Source: Heterodontus francisci (Eukaryota). Taken from it: a stretch of DNA of 64,000 nucleotides. The position numbers and the translations under genes are program-made. Within the stretch, counting starts at the first letter, position 1. The number at the start of each line of letters is the position of its first letter. The stretch lies in assembly GCF_036365525.1 (NCBI RefSeq), contig NC_090378.1, forward strand, positions 122,063,593 to 122,127,592. Reading direction: 5' to 3'. Shown piece by piece: positions 25,700-37,245 of the stretch. Under the pieces are notes generated by a model. The model made no database searches. It saw only the letters and a program-made list of their open reading frames with translations, and was not told the origin of the DNA.

Positions 25700-26330
25700 A
25701 GCTCAAATAGAGGGAGGGATGGAGCTCAGACAGAGGGAGGGATGGAGCTCAGACACAGGGAGGGATGAAGCTCAGATAGAGGGAGGGATGGAGCTCAGAC
25801 AGAGGGAGGGATGGAGCTCAGACAGAGGGAGGCATGGAGCTCAGATAGAGGGAGGGATGGAGCTCAGATAGATGGAGGGATGGAGATCAGATAGAGGGAG
25901 GGATGGAGCTCAGACAGAGGGAGGGATGGAGCTCAGTCACAGGGAGGGATGAAGCTCAGATAGAGGGAGGGATGGAGCTCAGACAGAGGGAGGGATGGAG
26001 CTCAGACAGAGGGAGGGATGGAGCTCAGATAGAGGGAGGGATGGAGCTCAGATAGATGGAGGGATGGAGATCAGACAGAGGGAGGATTGGAGCTCGGATG
26101 GAGGGAGGGATGGAGCTCAGATAGAGGGAGGGATGGAGCTCAGACAGAGGGAGGGATGGAGCTCAGACACAGGGAGGGATGAAGCTCAGATAGAGGGAGG
26201 GATGGAGCTCAGACAGAGGGAGGGATGGAGCTCAGATAGAGGGAGGGATGGAGCTCAGATAGAGGGAGGGATGGAGAACAGATAGAGGGAGGGATGGAGC
26301 TCAGATGGAGGGAGGGATGGAGCTCAGGGA
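25700..26330 (+). repeat. 23-bp purine-rich minisatellite (GAGCTCAGACAGAGGGAGGGATG), ~27 units
   Basis: Visible tandem repeat. Each unit has GAGCT plus G runs. Confidence 0.95.
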
Positions 26331-26458
26331 GGTGTGTATCTGAGAGGAAAGAGGATGTCCCTCCACCAATCCATGCAGCTCCCTGCTCCCCCATCCTGAC
26401 GACAGTCTCCACTATTACAGTTTGATGGTTTTCACCTTGTACGTTTTACTGATGTGAT

Positions 26459-27362
26459 GGATGAATGGAGCCTTGGCAGGAGACGGCACTGGATGGACGG
26501 AGCCCTGGCTGGAGCCTGCACTGGATGAATGGAGCCCTGGCTGGAGACTGCACTGGATGAATGGAGCCCTGGCTGGAGACTGCACTGGATGAATGGAGCC
26601 CTGGCTAGAGACTGCACTGGATGAATGGAGCCCTGGCTGGAGACGGCACTGGATGAATGGAGCCCTGGCTGGAGACTGCAGTGGATGAATGGAGCCCTGG
26701 CTGCAGACTGCAGTGGATGAATGGAGCCTTGGCTGGAGACTGCACTGGATGAATGGAACCCTGGCTGGAGACTGCACTGGATGAATGGAGCCTTGGCTGG
26801 AGACTGCACTGGATGAATGGAGCCCTGGCCTGGAGACTGCACTGGATGAATGGAGCCCTGACTGGAGACTGCACTGGATGAATGGAGCCCTGGCTGGAGA
26901 CTGCACTGGATGAATGGAGCCCTGGCTGGAGACTGCATTGAATGAATGGAGGCCTGGCTGGAGACTGCATTGGATGAATGGAGGCCTGGCTGGAGACTGC
27001 ACTGGATGAATGGAGCCCTGGCTGGAGACTGCATTGGATGAGTGGAGCCCTGACTGGAGACTGCACTGGATGAATGGAGCCCTGGCTGGAGACTGCATTG
27101 GATGAATGGAGGCCTGGCTGGAGACTGCACTGGATGAATGGAGCCCTGGCTGGAGACTGCATTGGATGAATGGAGCCCTGGCTGGAGACTGCACTGGATG
27201 AATGGAGCCCTGGCTGGAGACTGCACTGGATGAATGGAGCCCTGGCTGAAGAATGCACTGGATGAATGGAGCCTTGGTTGGAGACTGCACTGGATGAACG
27301 GAGCCCTGGCTGGAGACTGCACTGGATGAATGGAGCCCTGGCTGGAGACTGCACTGGATGGA
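26459..27362 (+). repeat. 32-bp minisatellite (GGATGAATGGAGCCCTGGCTGGAGACTGCACT), ~28 units
   Basis: Visible tandem repeat. Confidence 0.95.
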
Positions 27363-27584
27363 TTAAAGGAAAATGTACATTTTAAATACAGCAACTCAGA
27401 GACCAGTCAGGGAGGGCGGGACAGTAACCAGTTCATGTTGACCAAGAGCCCGAGTGGTGAGTTTCTGGTTAGAAACTGGACCTTCTGCAGCTTATCCTGG
27501 GTAACAGCTCAATCATTAAATAATGACCAGTTAAAACAGAGGAAACCCATTTATTATTAACACACACTGACACAATTATAATCA

Positions 27585-28195
27585 CATCAGAAATAGGAGC
27601 AGGGGAGGCCATTCGGCCCTTCGAATCTACTCCACCATTCAATATGATCATGGCTGGTCTTCTCACTCAATTCCACCTTCCCGTACTATCCCCTATTCCT
27701 TAATTTCTGTTGTAACCAAAAATGTATGGACCCCTGTCTTCAATATACTCAAGGACTGAGCATCCACAGCTCTCTGGGATACAGAATTCCAAAGATTCCA
27801 AAGATTCACAACGTCTTGAGTGAAGAAATTTCTCCTTATCTCAGTCTGAAATGGCCGACCCCTTATTCTGAGACTGTGACCCCTAGTTCTAGATTCCCCA
27901 GCCAGGGGAAAACATCCTCCCAGTATCTACCCTGTCGATCACATTACAAATTGTATATCTTTCAATCAGATCTCCTCTCATTCTTCTACATTTCAGGGAA
28001 TAATGTCCCAGTCTACTCAATCTCTCCTCATAGGACAATGCCCTCATCCCAGGAATCAGTCTGGTGAATCTTTGCTGCACTCCTTCCAAGGCCAGTATAT
28101 CCTGCCTTAGGTAAAGAGACCAAAACTGTCCACAGTTCACCAGGTGTAGTCTCAGCAAGGTCCGATCGAACTGCAATAAGACTTCTTCATTCTTA
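27585..28195 (-). mobile_element. CR1 LINE 3' fragment
   Basis: Minus-strand peptide LLRLHLVNCGQFWS.YLRQDILALEGVQQRFTRLIPGMRALSYEERLSRLG.YSL..RRMRGDLIE, plus the CR1 3' UTR motif GGCCATTCGGCCC. Confidence 0.88.
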
Positions 28196-28200
28196 CATGT

Positions 28201-31200
28201 GGGGAGGTGGTGGTGTAGTGGTATTGTCACTGGACGAGCGACCCAGGGTATTACTCTGGGGAGATGGGTTCAAATCCCATCAGTGCAGAAGGTGAAACTT
28301 GCATTCAGTTAATAAATCTGGAATTAATGATGGCTATGAAACCATTACCGATTGTTGTAAAAGCCCATCTGGTTCTCTAATGCCCTTTAGGGAAGGAAAT
28401 CTGCCATCCATACTTGGTCTGGCCTATATGTGATTCCAGTCCCAATGCGTTTTATACTTAATGCCTTCTGAGATGGCCTAGCAAGCCACTCAGTTGTATC
28501 TAGTTGCTACAAAGTCAATAAGGAATGAAACTGGACGGACCACACATCATTGACCTGGGCACCAGAAATGACAACGACAAATCCAGTCCTGTCAACCCTG
28601 CAAAGCCCTCCTTCCTAACACCTAGGGATTGTGCCAAAATTGGGAGAGCTGTCCCACAGACTAGTCAAGCAACAGCCTGACATAGATATACTCACGTAAT
28701 CATACCTTGCAGACAATGCCCCAGATACTGCCATCACCATCCCCATCCCCGCCTATGTCCTGTCCCACCGGCAGGACAGAACCAGCAGAGGGGACAGCAC
28801 AGTGGTATACAGTTGGGAGGGTGTCCTCAACTGTGACTCCAGACCCCATGAAGTCTCATGACATCAGGTTAAACATGGGCAAAGAAACCTCCTGCTGATT
28901 AACACCTACTGCCCCCCTCAGCTGATGAAGCAGTACTCCTCCATGTTGAACAGCACTTGGAGGAAACACTGAAGCTGGCAAGGGCACAGAATATACTCTG
29001 GGTGGGAGTCTTCAATGTCCATCACCAAGAGTAGCTCGGTAGCACCACTACTGACTGAGCTGGCCAAGTCCTAAATGACATAGCTGCAAGACTGTCTGCA
29101 GTAGGTGGTGAGTGAACCAATAATAGGGTAAAACATACTTGACCTCATCCTCACCAAGCTGCCTGCCACAGATGCTTCTGTCCATGACAGTATTGGTCGG
29201 AGTGACCACCGCACAATCAATGTGGAGACGAAGTCCCGTCTTCGTATTGAAGATACCCTCCATCATGTTGTGTAGCACTAGCACCGTGCTAAATGGGATA
29301 AATTTTGAACAGATCTAGCAACTCAAAACTGGGCATCCATGAGGCACTATGGGCCATCAGCAGCAGCAGAATTGTACTCAATCACAATCTGTAACCTCAT
29401 GGCCTGGCATATCCCCCACTCTATCATTACCATCAAGCCGGGGGATCAACCCTGGTTCAATGAAGAGTGCAGGAGGGCATGCCAGGAGAAGCACCAGGCA
29501 TACCTCAAAATGAGGTGCCAACCCGGTGAAGCTACAACACAGGACTACTTGCCTGCCAAACTGCGTAAGCAGCATGCGATAGACAGAGCTGAGCAATCCC
29601 ATAACCAACGGATCAGATCTAAGCTCTGCAGTCCTGCCACATCCAGTCGTGAATGGTGGTGGACAATTGAACAACTAACTGGAAGAGGAGGCTCCACAAA
29701 TATCCCCAACCTCAATGATGGGGGAGCCCAGCACATCAGTGCAAAAGATAAGGCTGAACCATTTGCAACAATCTTCAGCCAAAAGTCCTGAGTAGATGAT
29801 CCATCTCAGCCTCCTCCTGAAGTCCCCAACATCACAGATGCCAGACTGCAGCCAATGCGATTCACTCCGCGTGATATCAAGATACAACTGAAGGCACTGG
29901 ATACTGCAAAAGCTATGGGCCCTGATAACATTCCAACAACAATACTGAAGGCCTGTGCTCCAGAACTTGTTGCGCCCATAGCCAAGCTGTTCCAGTTCAG
30001 GTACAACACTGGCATCTACCCTGCAATGTGGAAAATTGCCCAGGTATGTCCTATACACAAAAAGCTGGACAAATCCAACCCGGCCAATTACCGCCCCATC
30101 AGCCGACTCGCAATCATCGGTAAAGTGATGGAAGGTGTCATCAACAGTGCCATCAAGCGGCACCTGCTTAGCAATAACCGGCTCAGTGATGCTCAGTTTG
30201 GGTCCCGCTAGGGCCACTCAGCTCCTGACCTCATTACAGCCTTGGTTCAAACATGGACAAAAGAGCTGAACTAAAGAGGTGAGGTGAGAGTGACCGCCCT
30301 TGACATCAAGGCAGCATTTGACAGAGTATGGCATCAAAGAGCCCGAGCAAAACTGAGGTCAATGGGAATCAGGGGGAAACCCTCCACTGGCTGGAGTCAT
30401 ACCTAGCACAAAGGAAGATGGTTGTGGTTGTTGGAGATCAATCATCTGAGCTCCAGGACAACACTGCAGGAGTTCTGTAGGGTAGTGTCCTGGGTCCAAC
30501 CATCTTCAGCTGCTTCATCAATGAGCTTCCTTCAATTATAAGGTCAGAAGTGGGGATGTTCGCTGATGATTGCACAATGTTCAGCACCATTTGTGACTCC
30601 TCAGATACTGAAGCAGTCCGTGTAGAAATGCAGCAAGACCTGGACAATATCCAGGCTTGGGCTAATAAGTGGCAAGTAACATTCGCGCCACACAAGTGCC
30701 AGGCACTGACCATCTCCAACAAGTAAGAATCTAAATATTTTCCCTTGACATTCAATGGCATTACAATCGCGGAATGCTCCACTATCAATATCCTGGGGGT
30801 TACCATTGACCAGAAACTGAACTGAAGTAGCCATATAAATACCGTGGCTACAAGAGCAAGTCAGAGGCTAGGAATCCTGTGGCGAGTAACTCACCTCCTG
30901 ACTCCCCAAAGCCTGTCCACCATCTACAAGGCACAAGTCAGGAGTGTGATGGAATACTCTCCACTTGCCTGGATGGGTACAGCTCCAACAACACTCAAGA
31001 AGCTCGATACCATCCAGGACAAAGCAGCCTGCTTGATTGGCACCCCATCCACAAACATTCACTCCCTCCACAAGAGACCTACAATGGCAGCAGTGTGTAC
31101 CATCTACAAGATGCACTGCAGTAAGACACCAAGCCTCCTTAGGCAACACCTTCCAAACCTGTGACATCTACCACCTAGATGGACAAGGGCAGCAGATGCA

Positions 31201-31458
31201 TGGGAACACGACCACCTGCAAGTTCCCCTCCAAGTCACACACCATCCTGACTTGGAACGATATTCCCATTTCTTCACTGTCGTTGGGTCAAAATCCTGGA
31301 ACTCCCTTCTTAACAGCACTGTGGGTATACCTACCCCAAATGGACTGCAGCGGTTCAAGAAGGCAGCTCACCATCACCTTCTCAAGGGCAATTAGGGATG
31401 GACAATAAATGCTGGCCTAGCCAGTGATGCCCACATCCCATGAATGAATAAGAAAAAG
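28201..31458 (+). mobile_element. Near full-length single-ORF LINE (CR1/L2 group; APE endonuclease and RT, now disrupted) with a tRNA-derived SINE-like 5' head
   Basis: A box TGGTGTAGTGG 28211-28221 and B box GGTTCAAATCC 28267-28277. ORF ~28610-31408 includes LVKQQPDI.IL, LDLILT, SDH, PWFNEEC, KAMGPDNIP, NYRPIS, LDIKAAFDRVWH, GSVLGP, FADD, YKAQVRSVMEY. Tail ...CCCACATCCCA(TGAA)n. CATGT flanks both ends (28196-28200, 31459-31463). Confidence 0.88.
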
Positions 31459-31842
31459 CATGTACAGGAGCTGACACAGAGTCTCTGTCTATCTCTCTCT
31501 CTGTCTCTCTCTCCATCTCACTCTCTCTTTCTATCTATCTCTCTCAATCTCTGTCCCATCCTCTACCTCTGATGGTGTTCTATGGGTGTGAGTGTTTAAT
31601 ATAAGGTGGTGTTTGTCAGTATATTTTCTCTACTGTATGGTTTATGAACATGGTGAGAGGGGATAAGGGGTCTGTTCTTTGATGTGAGGCAGTGATGTCT
31701 GTCCCAGTGACTCAGACTGTGATGCTGTTGTTTTCTGTGACTGACACTATGATATCGATTGTAATTTCACTCAGTGTGACAGGAGGTTACATGGCTTGAT
31801 CAGTGGTGAGGGCGGAGCAGACTGAACAAGGAGCTGTAATCA

Positions 31843-31933
31843 TCAGTCACTGCCGAACACCTTCACACACACCGCACAGTCCGGAAACTTCTTCACTAAA
31901 TATTCTTTCAGCTCCTTAATTACAGCCCTGGAC
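31843..31933 (-). other. Candidate terminal coding exon (xSRAVIKELKEYLVKKFPDCAVCVKVFGSD*), gene unknown
   Basis: Strong polypyrimidine acceptor (tctttctctttttcctttttcag|) at 31934. Single open frame to TGA at 31845-31843. ATTAAA on the minus strand at 31600-31595. Short, so could be chance. Confidence 0.3.
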
Positions 31934-32219
31934 CTGAAAAAGGAAAAAGAGAAAGACATCTTTTAGAGAGGGTCCTGGACACAGTGTAGACTGTGCATTA
32001 CCCACTAATGACACTACGTCCATATTTAACTCATTGTTTAAACTCCAGCACACCTCCTGTTCCAATCCACATGTTTCAGCCAAAAAGCAGTATAATTCTA
32101 CAGCACAGGAGGAGGCCGTTCAGCCCCTCGTCTCTCTGCCAGCTGTTTGCTCGAGTAATTCACGACTAACATCTCAGTTTAACATCTGTTTTGGGGAAGT
32201 TATTTGAATCTGTTATTAG

Positions 32220-33650
32220 GGACAGAATGACTGACAAATATAAACTGATCAGAGAGAGTCAGCACGGATTTAAAAAGGGTGAAACATGTTTAACTAACTG
32301 AGTTGTATTTTTTGAAGCGGTCACTAATGTGGTCGATAAGGGAATGTCTATGGATGTTATTTATATGGATTTCCAGAAGGCATTTGAGAAGGTTCCACAC
32401 AAGAGACTGTTCGCAAAATGGAAGCATATGGAATGTGAGGAAATGTTTTGACATGGGTAAGGAATTGGTTAGGAGGTAGGAGACAGAGAGTAGGGATAAT
32501 GTGTATTTACTCCAATTAGCAAGATGTGAATCGTGGTGTCCCCAGGGATCTGTGCTGGAGCCTCAACTTTTCACTATATTGATCAATGACTTGGATGAAG
32601 GAATAGAGACATCTATCCAAGATTGTTGATGACACGAAGTTCAGCAGCTTGGAGGAGGTTCCAGAGATAGGGAGGGATTTGATAACAAGGATGAGAATTT
32701 TAAAACTGAGCCATTGCCGAACCAGGAGACAATGTTGTCCAATGAGCATCGAGGTGATGGGGGAACTTACTGCGAGTTCGAACGCAGGCAGCAGAGTTTT
32801 AGATGAGATCAAGTTTACAGTGGGTAGAATGTGTGAGACCTGTCAGGAGAGCATTGGAATACTCAAGTCTAGAGGTAATAAATGCATGGATGAGGGTTTC
32901 AGCAGTGGATGAGCTGAGGTGTGGTAGAAACTGGTAATGTTAGCAATGTGGAAATAGGTGGTTTTAGTGATGATGTGGTTTATGTGGTCAGTAACACATC
33001 TCAGCATCAACTACAATGCCATGGCTGTGAACTGCCTGGTTCAGTCTCAGACAGTCCCTGGGAGAGGGATGGAATCAGTGGCTCGGGAATGGAGTTTGTG
33101 ACGGGGACCGAAGACAATGGCAGATGGAGTTCAATGTGGACAGTGTGAGGTCATCCAGTTTGGACCTGAGAAAGATAAATCAGAGTAATTTCTAAATGGT
33201 GAGAAGCTGAGAACTGTGGAGGAACAGAGAGATTTAAGGGTCCAAGTACAAAAAGTACTAAAATCTAGTGACAGGTACAAAACATATTGAATAAGGCTAA
33301 TGGAATGTTGGTCTTTCTATCAAGGGGACTGGAATACAAAGGGGTTTTACTCCAGTTGAATAAAGCTCTGGTTTAACTGCATCTGGAGTAACTGTGTTCA
33401 GTTCTGGGCCCCGCACCTCAGGAAGGAGAGATGGGCCTTGGAGGGGGTGCAGCACCGATTCACCAGAATGATACCGGGACTGAAAGGGTTAAATTATCAG
33501 GACAGATTGTATAGACTAGGCTTGTATTCCCTTGAGTTCAGAGAATTTAGGGGTGATCTCATTGAGGTATTTAAGCTGAATAAAGGATTAAAATGATTCA
33601 GAGAGATCAAGAGAAACTGTTTCCTCTGGTGGGGGAGTCAAGAGAATTCA
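32220..33650 (+). mobile_element. CR1 RT/3' fragment, interrupted at ~32650-33115 by an antisense L2 fragment
   Basis: SQHGF...MDVIYMDFQKAFEKVPHKRL...GVPQG...INDLDEG...DDTK, then unrelated L2-like sequence, then resumption at WQMEFNV..CEVI.FG and the LEGVQ.RFTRMIPG region. Confidence 0.8.
32650..33115 (-). mobile_element. L2 LINE fragment
   Basis: Minus strand resembles the L2 RT C-terminus (ETLIHAFITSRLEYSNALL..L, FKILIL). Confidence 0.7.
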
Positions 33651-33728
33651 GAGAATTCACTAAACAATCAGCTTTGATCTTCCCAATGTGTTTCCCAGTG
33701 AGACTGGGTCCTCAGTGCTGACTGCTCT

Positions 33729-33921
33729 CAGCTGCTGTTATTTTCACTGATTGGACGGTTATTATTAGAGACTCAGACCACAGCAGAAATCCCCAATGTA
33801 AAAAATAACTGCAAAGACTGTCAGTTCGGAAGATTGAAACTGAACCAACAGAGGAAGTGAAAGAAGGAGCTTGGAGCAGCTGGACATTTGTTAATGACAC
33901 GGGAGAAAACTGTGAACCGCA
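33729..33921. promoter_or_regulatory. Candidate lymphoid enhancer/promoter island (E-boxes, CCAAT/Y-box, RUNX, kB-like, ISRE-like, ETS-IRF composite)
   Basis: CAGCTG 33729-33734 and 33877-33882; CTGATTGG 33747-33754; ACCACA 33777-33782; AGAAATCCCC 33785-33794; GAAACTGAA ~33836-33844; GAGGAAGTGAAA 33851-33862; AACCGCA 33915-33921. It is a non-repetitive island between two repeat relics. Motif evidence only. Confidence 0.5.
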
Positions 33922-34365
33922 CACACTATCTAGAATTTTACAGCACAGAAGGAGGCCATTCAGCCCATCGTGCCTGTGAGCTACCCAATTAGTCCCACTG
34001 CCCCTCTCTGGCCCAAAAACCCAGCAAATCTTTCCTTTTCAGGTATATCTCCAATTCCCTTATCGAGACCTGGGCCCACAGTACGAGACTGTCCCTAACC
34101 TGGGCTCGAAATTGGCATCTCATTCATTCATTGGAAGACAAAATGCCTGGTGTGGGAAATGGAGCTCAGGACTCCGAACATTCCCTCTCCCCTTCTGAGC
34201 GACACTTCATGCTGGGGTGACAGTTCCATGGGCCCCGAAAGCACATTCCTACCTCACCCACTTCCCCATTCTGTGTCTATAAGCCTGGACCCTGTCAACA
34301 GGATATTTGACTACAGGGACCATCACCACTGTATCCAATTCTGTCCCCACCCGAAATCCACACCC

Positions 34366-35000
34366 AACTTGAATTTATATAGCGCCTATAATATACAAAA
34401 CGTCACAAGATGCTTCACAGAGCTGCAGTATGAGGAACGGAGGAGGTGGTGAGGGGTCTTTAGGAAGAGTGATCAAAGGCTTGGGTGAAAGGATAGAGTT
34501 TGATGGAGCAGAGAGAGACCTGGTGAGGGAGAGGGATTAATGGCGGGAGTTCAGAGAGCAGGGCCGAGGCATCTGAAGACCCTGCTGTCAATGGTGGGAT
34601 GAAGGAAGCAGCAATGGGCAGGAAAGCAGTGTCAGAAGATGGAAGAGTGAGAGAGGGAATGTGGGTCTGCAGCAGGAGGCAAAGGTAGGGAGGAGTGAGG
34701 CCATGGAGGAAAACAGAGGTCGGTAAGGTCAGGGGTAGTAGGTCATTGAGGTCAGGGGTATTGGTGGAAAGGCACTTGGTGTGGGTACTGACCACTGCAT
34801 TTCAGACAAGTCGGGGTTTATGGAGCATAGATGAAGGAAGCCGGCAGAGGACATGGGAATAATCAAGTTAGGAGGCGAGACAAGCAGGGATAAGGGTTTG
34901 TGTGGTCAAGGGGCTGATGTAGTGTAGAGACGGGCAATGTTGTGGAGATGGAAAAAAGAGGCTGACATGATGGATAGGATGTGGGGTTTGAAGCTCAACC
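34366..35000 (-). mobile_element. L2 LINE 3' fragment
   Basis: Begins with the antisense L2 tail AACTTG.ATTTATATAGCGCC. Minus strand gives LHGLTPPYL..LL and L2-like 3' motifs. Confidence 0.6.
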
Positions 35001-35002
35001 AC

Positions 35003-35915
35003 TGGAGGCCCAGTGGAATGAAGGCCCATGTTTACTGGTCCCTATTGGAGGTCCAGTGGGAAGGAGGCCCATGTTTACTGGTCCCATTTGGAGGTCCAGT
35101 GGGAAGGAGGCCCATGTTTACTGGTCCCTATTGGAGGTCCAGTGGGAAGGAGGTCCATGTTTACTGGGCCTATTGGAGGTCCAGTGGGAAGGAGGCCTAT
35201 GTTTACTGGTCCCTACTGGAGGGCCAGTGGGAAGGAGGCCCATGTTTACTGATCCCTACTGGAGGCCCAGTGGGATGGAGGCCAATGTTTGCTGGTCCCT
35301 ATTGGATGCCCAGTGGGAAGGAGACCCATGTTTACTGGTCCCTATTGGATGCCCAGTGGGAAGGAGGCCCATGTTTACTGGTCCCTATTGGATGCCCAGT
35401 GGGAAGGAGGCCCATGTTTACTGGTCCCTATTGGATGCCCAGTGGGAAGGAGGCCATGTTTACTGGTCCCTATTGGATGCCCAGTGGGAAGGAGGCCCAT
35501 GTTTACTGGTCCCTATTGGAGGACCCAGTGGGAAGGAGGCCCATGTTTACTGGTCCCTATTGGAGGCCCAGTGGGATGGAGGCCCATGTTTGCTGGTCCC
35601 TATTGGATGCCCAGTGGGAAGGAGGCCCATGTTTACTGGTCCCTATTGGATGCCAGTGGGAAGGAGGCCCATGTTTACTGGTCCCTATTGGATGCCCAGT
35701 GGGAAGGAGGCCCATGTTTACTGGTCCCTATTGGAGGCCCAGTGGGATGGAGGCCCATGTTTGCTGGTCCCTATTGGATGCCCAGTGGGAAGGAGGCCCA
35801 TGTTTACTGGTCCCTATTGGATGCCCAGTGGGAAGGAGGCCCATGTTTACTGGTCCCTATTGGAGGTCCAGTGGGAAGGAGGCCCATGTTTACTGGTCCC
35901 TATTGGAGGACCAAT
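35003..35915 (+). repeat. 43-bp minisatellite (CCAGTGGGAAGGAGGCCCATGTTTACTGGTCCCTATTGGAGGT), ~21 units
   Basis: Visible tandem repeat; unit starts at 35053 and 35096. Confidence 0.95.
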
Positions 35916-36529
35916 GGAACATGGACACTATGGTTGATGTGGAGGACTGCTCCTTCATGTTGTAAATGTTTGATTGTCCGCCCCTCATCCCAGAAAAACT
36001 CCAATCACCTGGAGCCTGACCATGGAAGGGGATGGAGAGGGGAAGGGATTTGAACATGTTATGAGCTGACAGGATGGGGCAGTGGGTCAGACTCTGTCCT
36101 GTCCCTCCAGCTCACACTGATGGGGTGAGGATCTCCTCTCTCTGCTGGGCCTTCATGAAATGAGCTTTCTGTCCAAACCAGTCCCATTGAGAATAGGCCA
36201 ACAGCACAGAACTGTCCTAAATTTGACAATAATCTGCCAGTCTTACTGAGAGAGGTCAAAGCATGGTCACTGTGGGGAATGGGGCCTTACTCCAGGAGAA
36301 GGCATGTTTCTGGTGTCAAGGGTTAACATCCATTGGTGGGGCAGAGCAGAGGGAGTTTTACCCTTCATGTAACTGTGCTCCACCTGGGAGACTGTGGGAA
36401 AGAGAGAGTGAGGTGGAGGCTGTGAGACAGAGAGAGATAGAGAGGGAGACATTTAACTGCTGCACCAGGCCTCAAAGTGTTCCAGTCTCCAGTAATAACT
36501 GCTGTTATAGAGATCAGTTACAGAATTAC

Positions 36530-37045
36530 AGAACAATGGAGGGTGGGAGAGAGATGAGTAGGCAGAGGAACAAGGACAGAGAGATAGAGAGATAGGGAGG
36601 GAGAGAGACAGAGACAGGGAGACAGGGAGAGGAGGAGAGAGCAAAATAGGGAGAGTGAGATTGGAAGAACAAGATGGGGAGACAGGCAAAGAGTGAGGGA
36701 GAGAGAGATGAGTAGGCAGAAAGACAAAGACACAGACAGAGAGAGATACAGACAGAGAATGAGGGAGAGAGAGCGGACAGAGAGCAGGCAGAGAGACAAA
36801 GAGTGAGAGGTAGGGATGGGGAGAAGCAGAAAAAGAGAGAAAGAGATATGGAGAGAGAGACAAGGAGAATGAGGGAAGGGGAGTGAGAAAGATTTCAGGA
36901 GGGTGGGGGAGAGAGACAGTGAGTGAGAGGGAGAGGGCAAAAGAGGGAAAGGGATTGAGATAGAAGGAGAGAAAGAGGCAGAGAGAGAGGGGGTGTGAAA
37001 TAGAAGGAGGGAGGCAGTGAGGGAAACAGAAAGAGAGAAGAGGAA
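36530..37045 (+). repeat. GA-rich polypurine low-complexity tract directly upstream of the V promoter
   Basis: ~500 bp of nearly pure A/G (GAGA, GACAGAGA, GGGAGA). Confidence 0.85.
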
Positions 37046-37136
37046 GTGAGAGTTGCTGACGTGCCTTTCTCTGGGTGATACCATTTACATACTGAGAAAC
37101 AGGCAGTCAGACTCTCACAGGCTGCAGCTTTATAAA
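37040..37136 (+). promoter_or_regulatory. V-gene promoter: PU.1/Ets site, CRE-like site, octamer variant, TATA box
   Basis: GAGGAAGTG 37040-37048; TGACGT 37057-37062; ATTTACAT 37083-37090 (1 mismatch to the light-chain octamer ATTTGCAT, in the expected orientation); TATAAA 37131-37136, 60 nt before the ATG. Confidence 0.7.
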
Positions 37137-37196
37137 GCAGAGCCCAGTGAAGGGAGAGTTTATCAGTAACCAGGCACAGAGACAGGAGCAGGCACC

Positions 37197-37245
37197 ATGA
37201 TTTCACCCATCCAGCTGATCTGGCCTCTGGCATTCTGCGTCGCAG
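37197..37245 (+). CDS. IGKV: Ig kappa-type (chondrichthyan type III/NS4-like) light chain leader exon (L-PART1), MISPIQLIWPLAFCVA-G
   Basis: Kozak-context ATG (gcaccATGa) at 37197. 16 hydrophobic codons plus 1 nt, then donor CAG|GTACAA at 37246. The phase-1 intron is typical of Ig leaders, and the peptide matches my recollection of shark kappa leaders (MISPIQLIWPLAFCVAGISG). Confidence 0.93.

Noticed and set aside
25995-35965. ORFs of 96-342 aa over the 23-, 32- and 43-bp minisatellites
   Set aside because: Open in several frames simultaneously, purely because of repeat composition.
1-37196. J segment, C exon or additional V segments upstream or inverted
   Set aside because: I found no FG.GT-type J with a 23-RSS, no Ig C-domain peptide and no second V in the ORF track or by reading. 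A short degenerate J could have been missed by eye.
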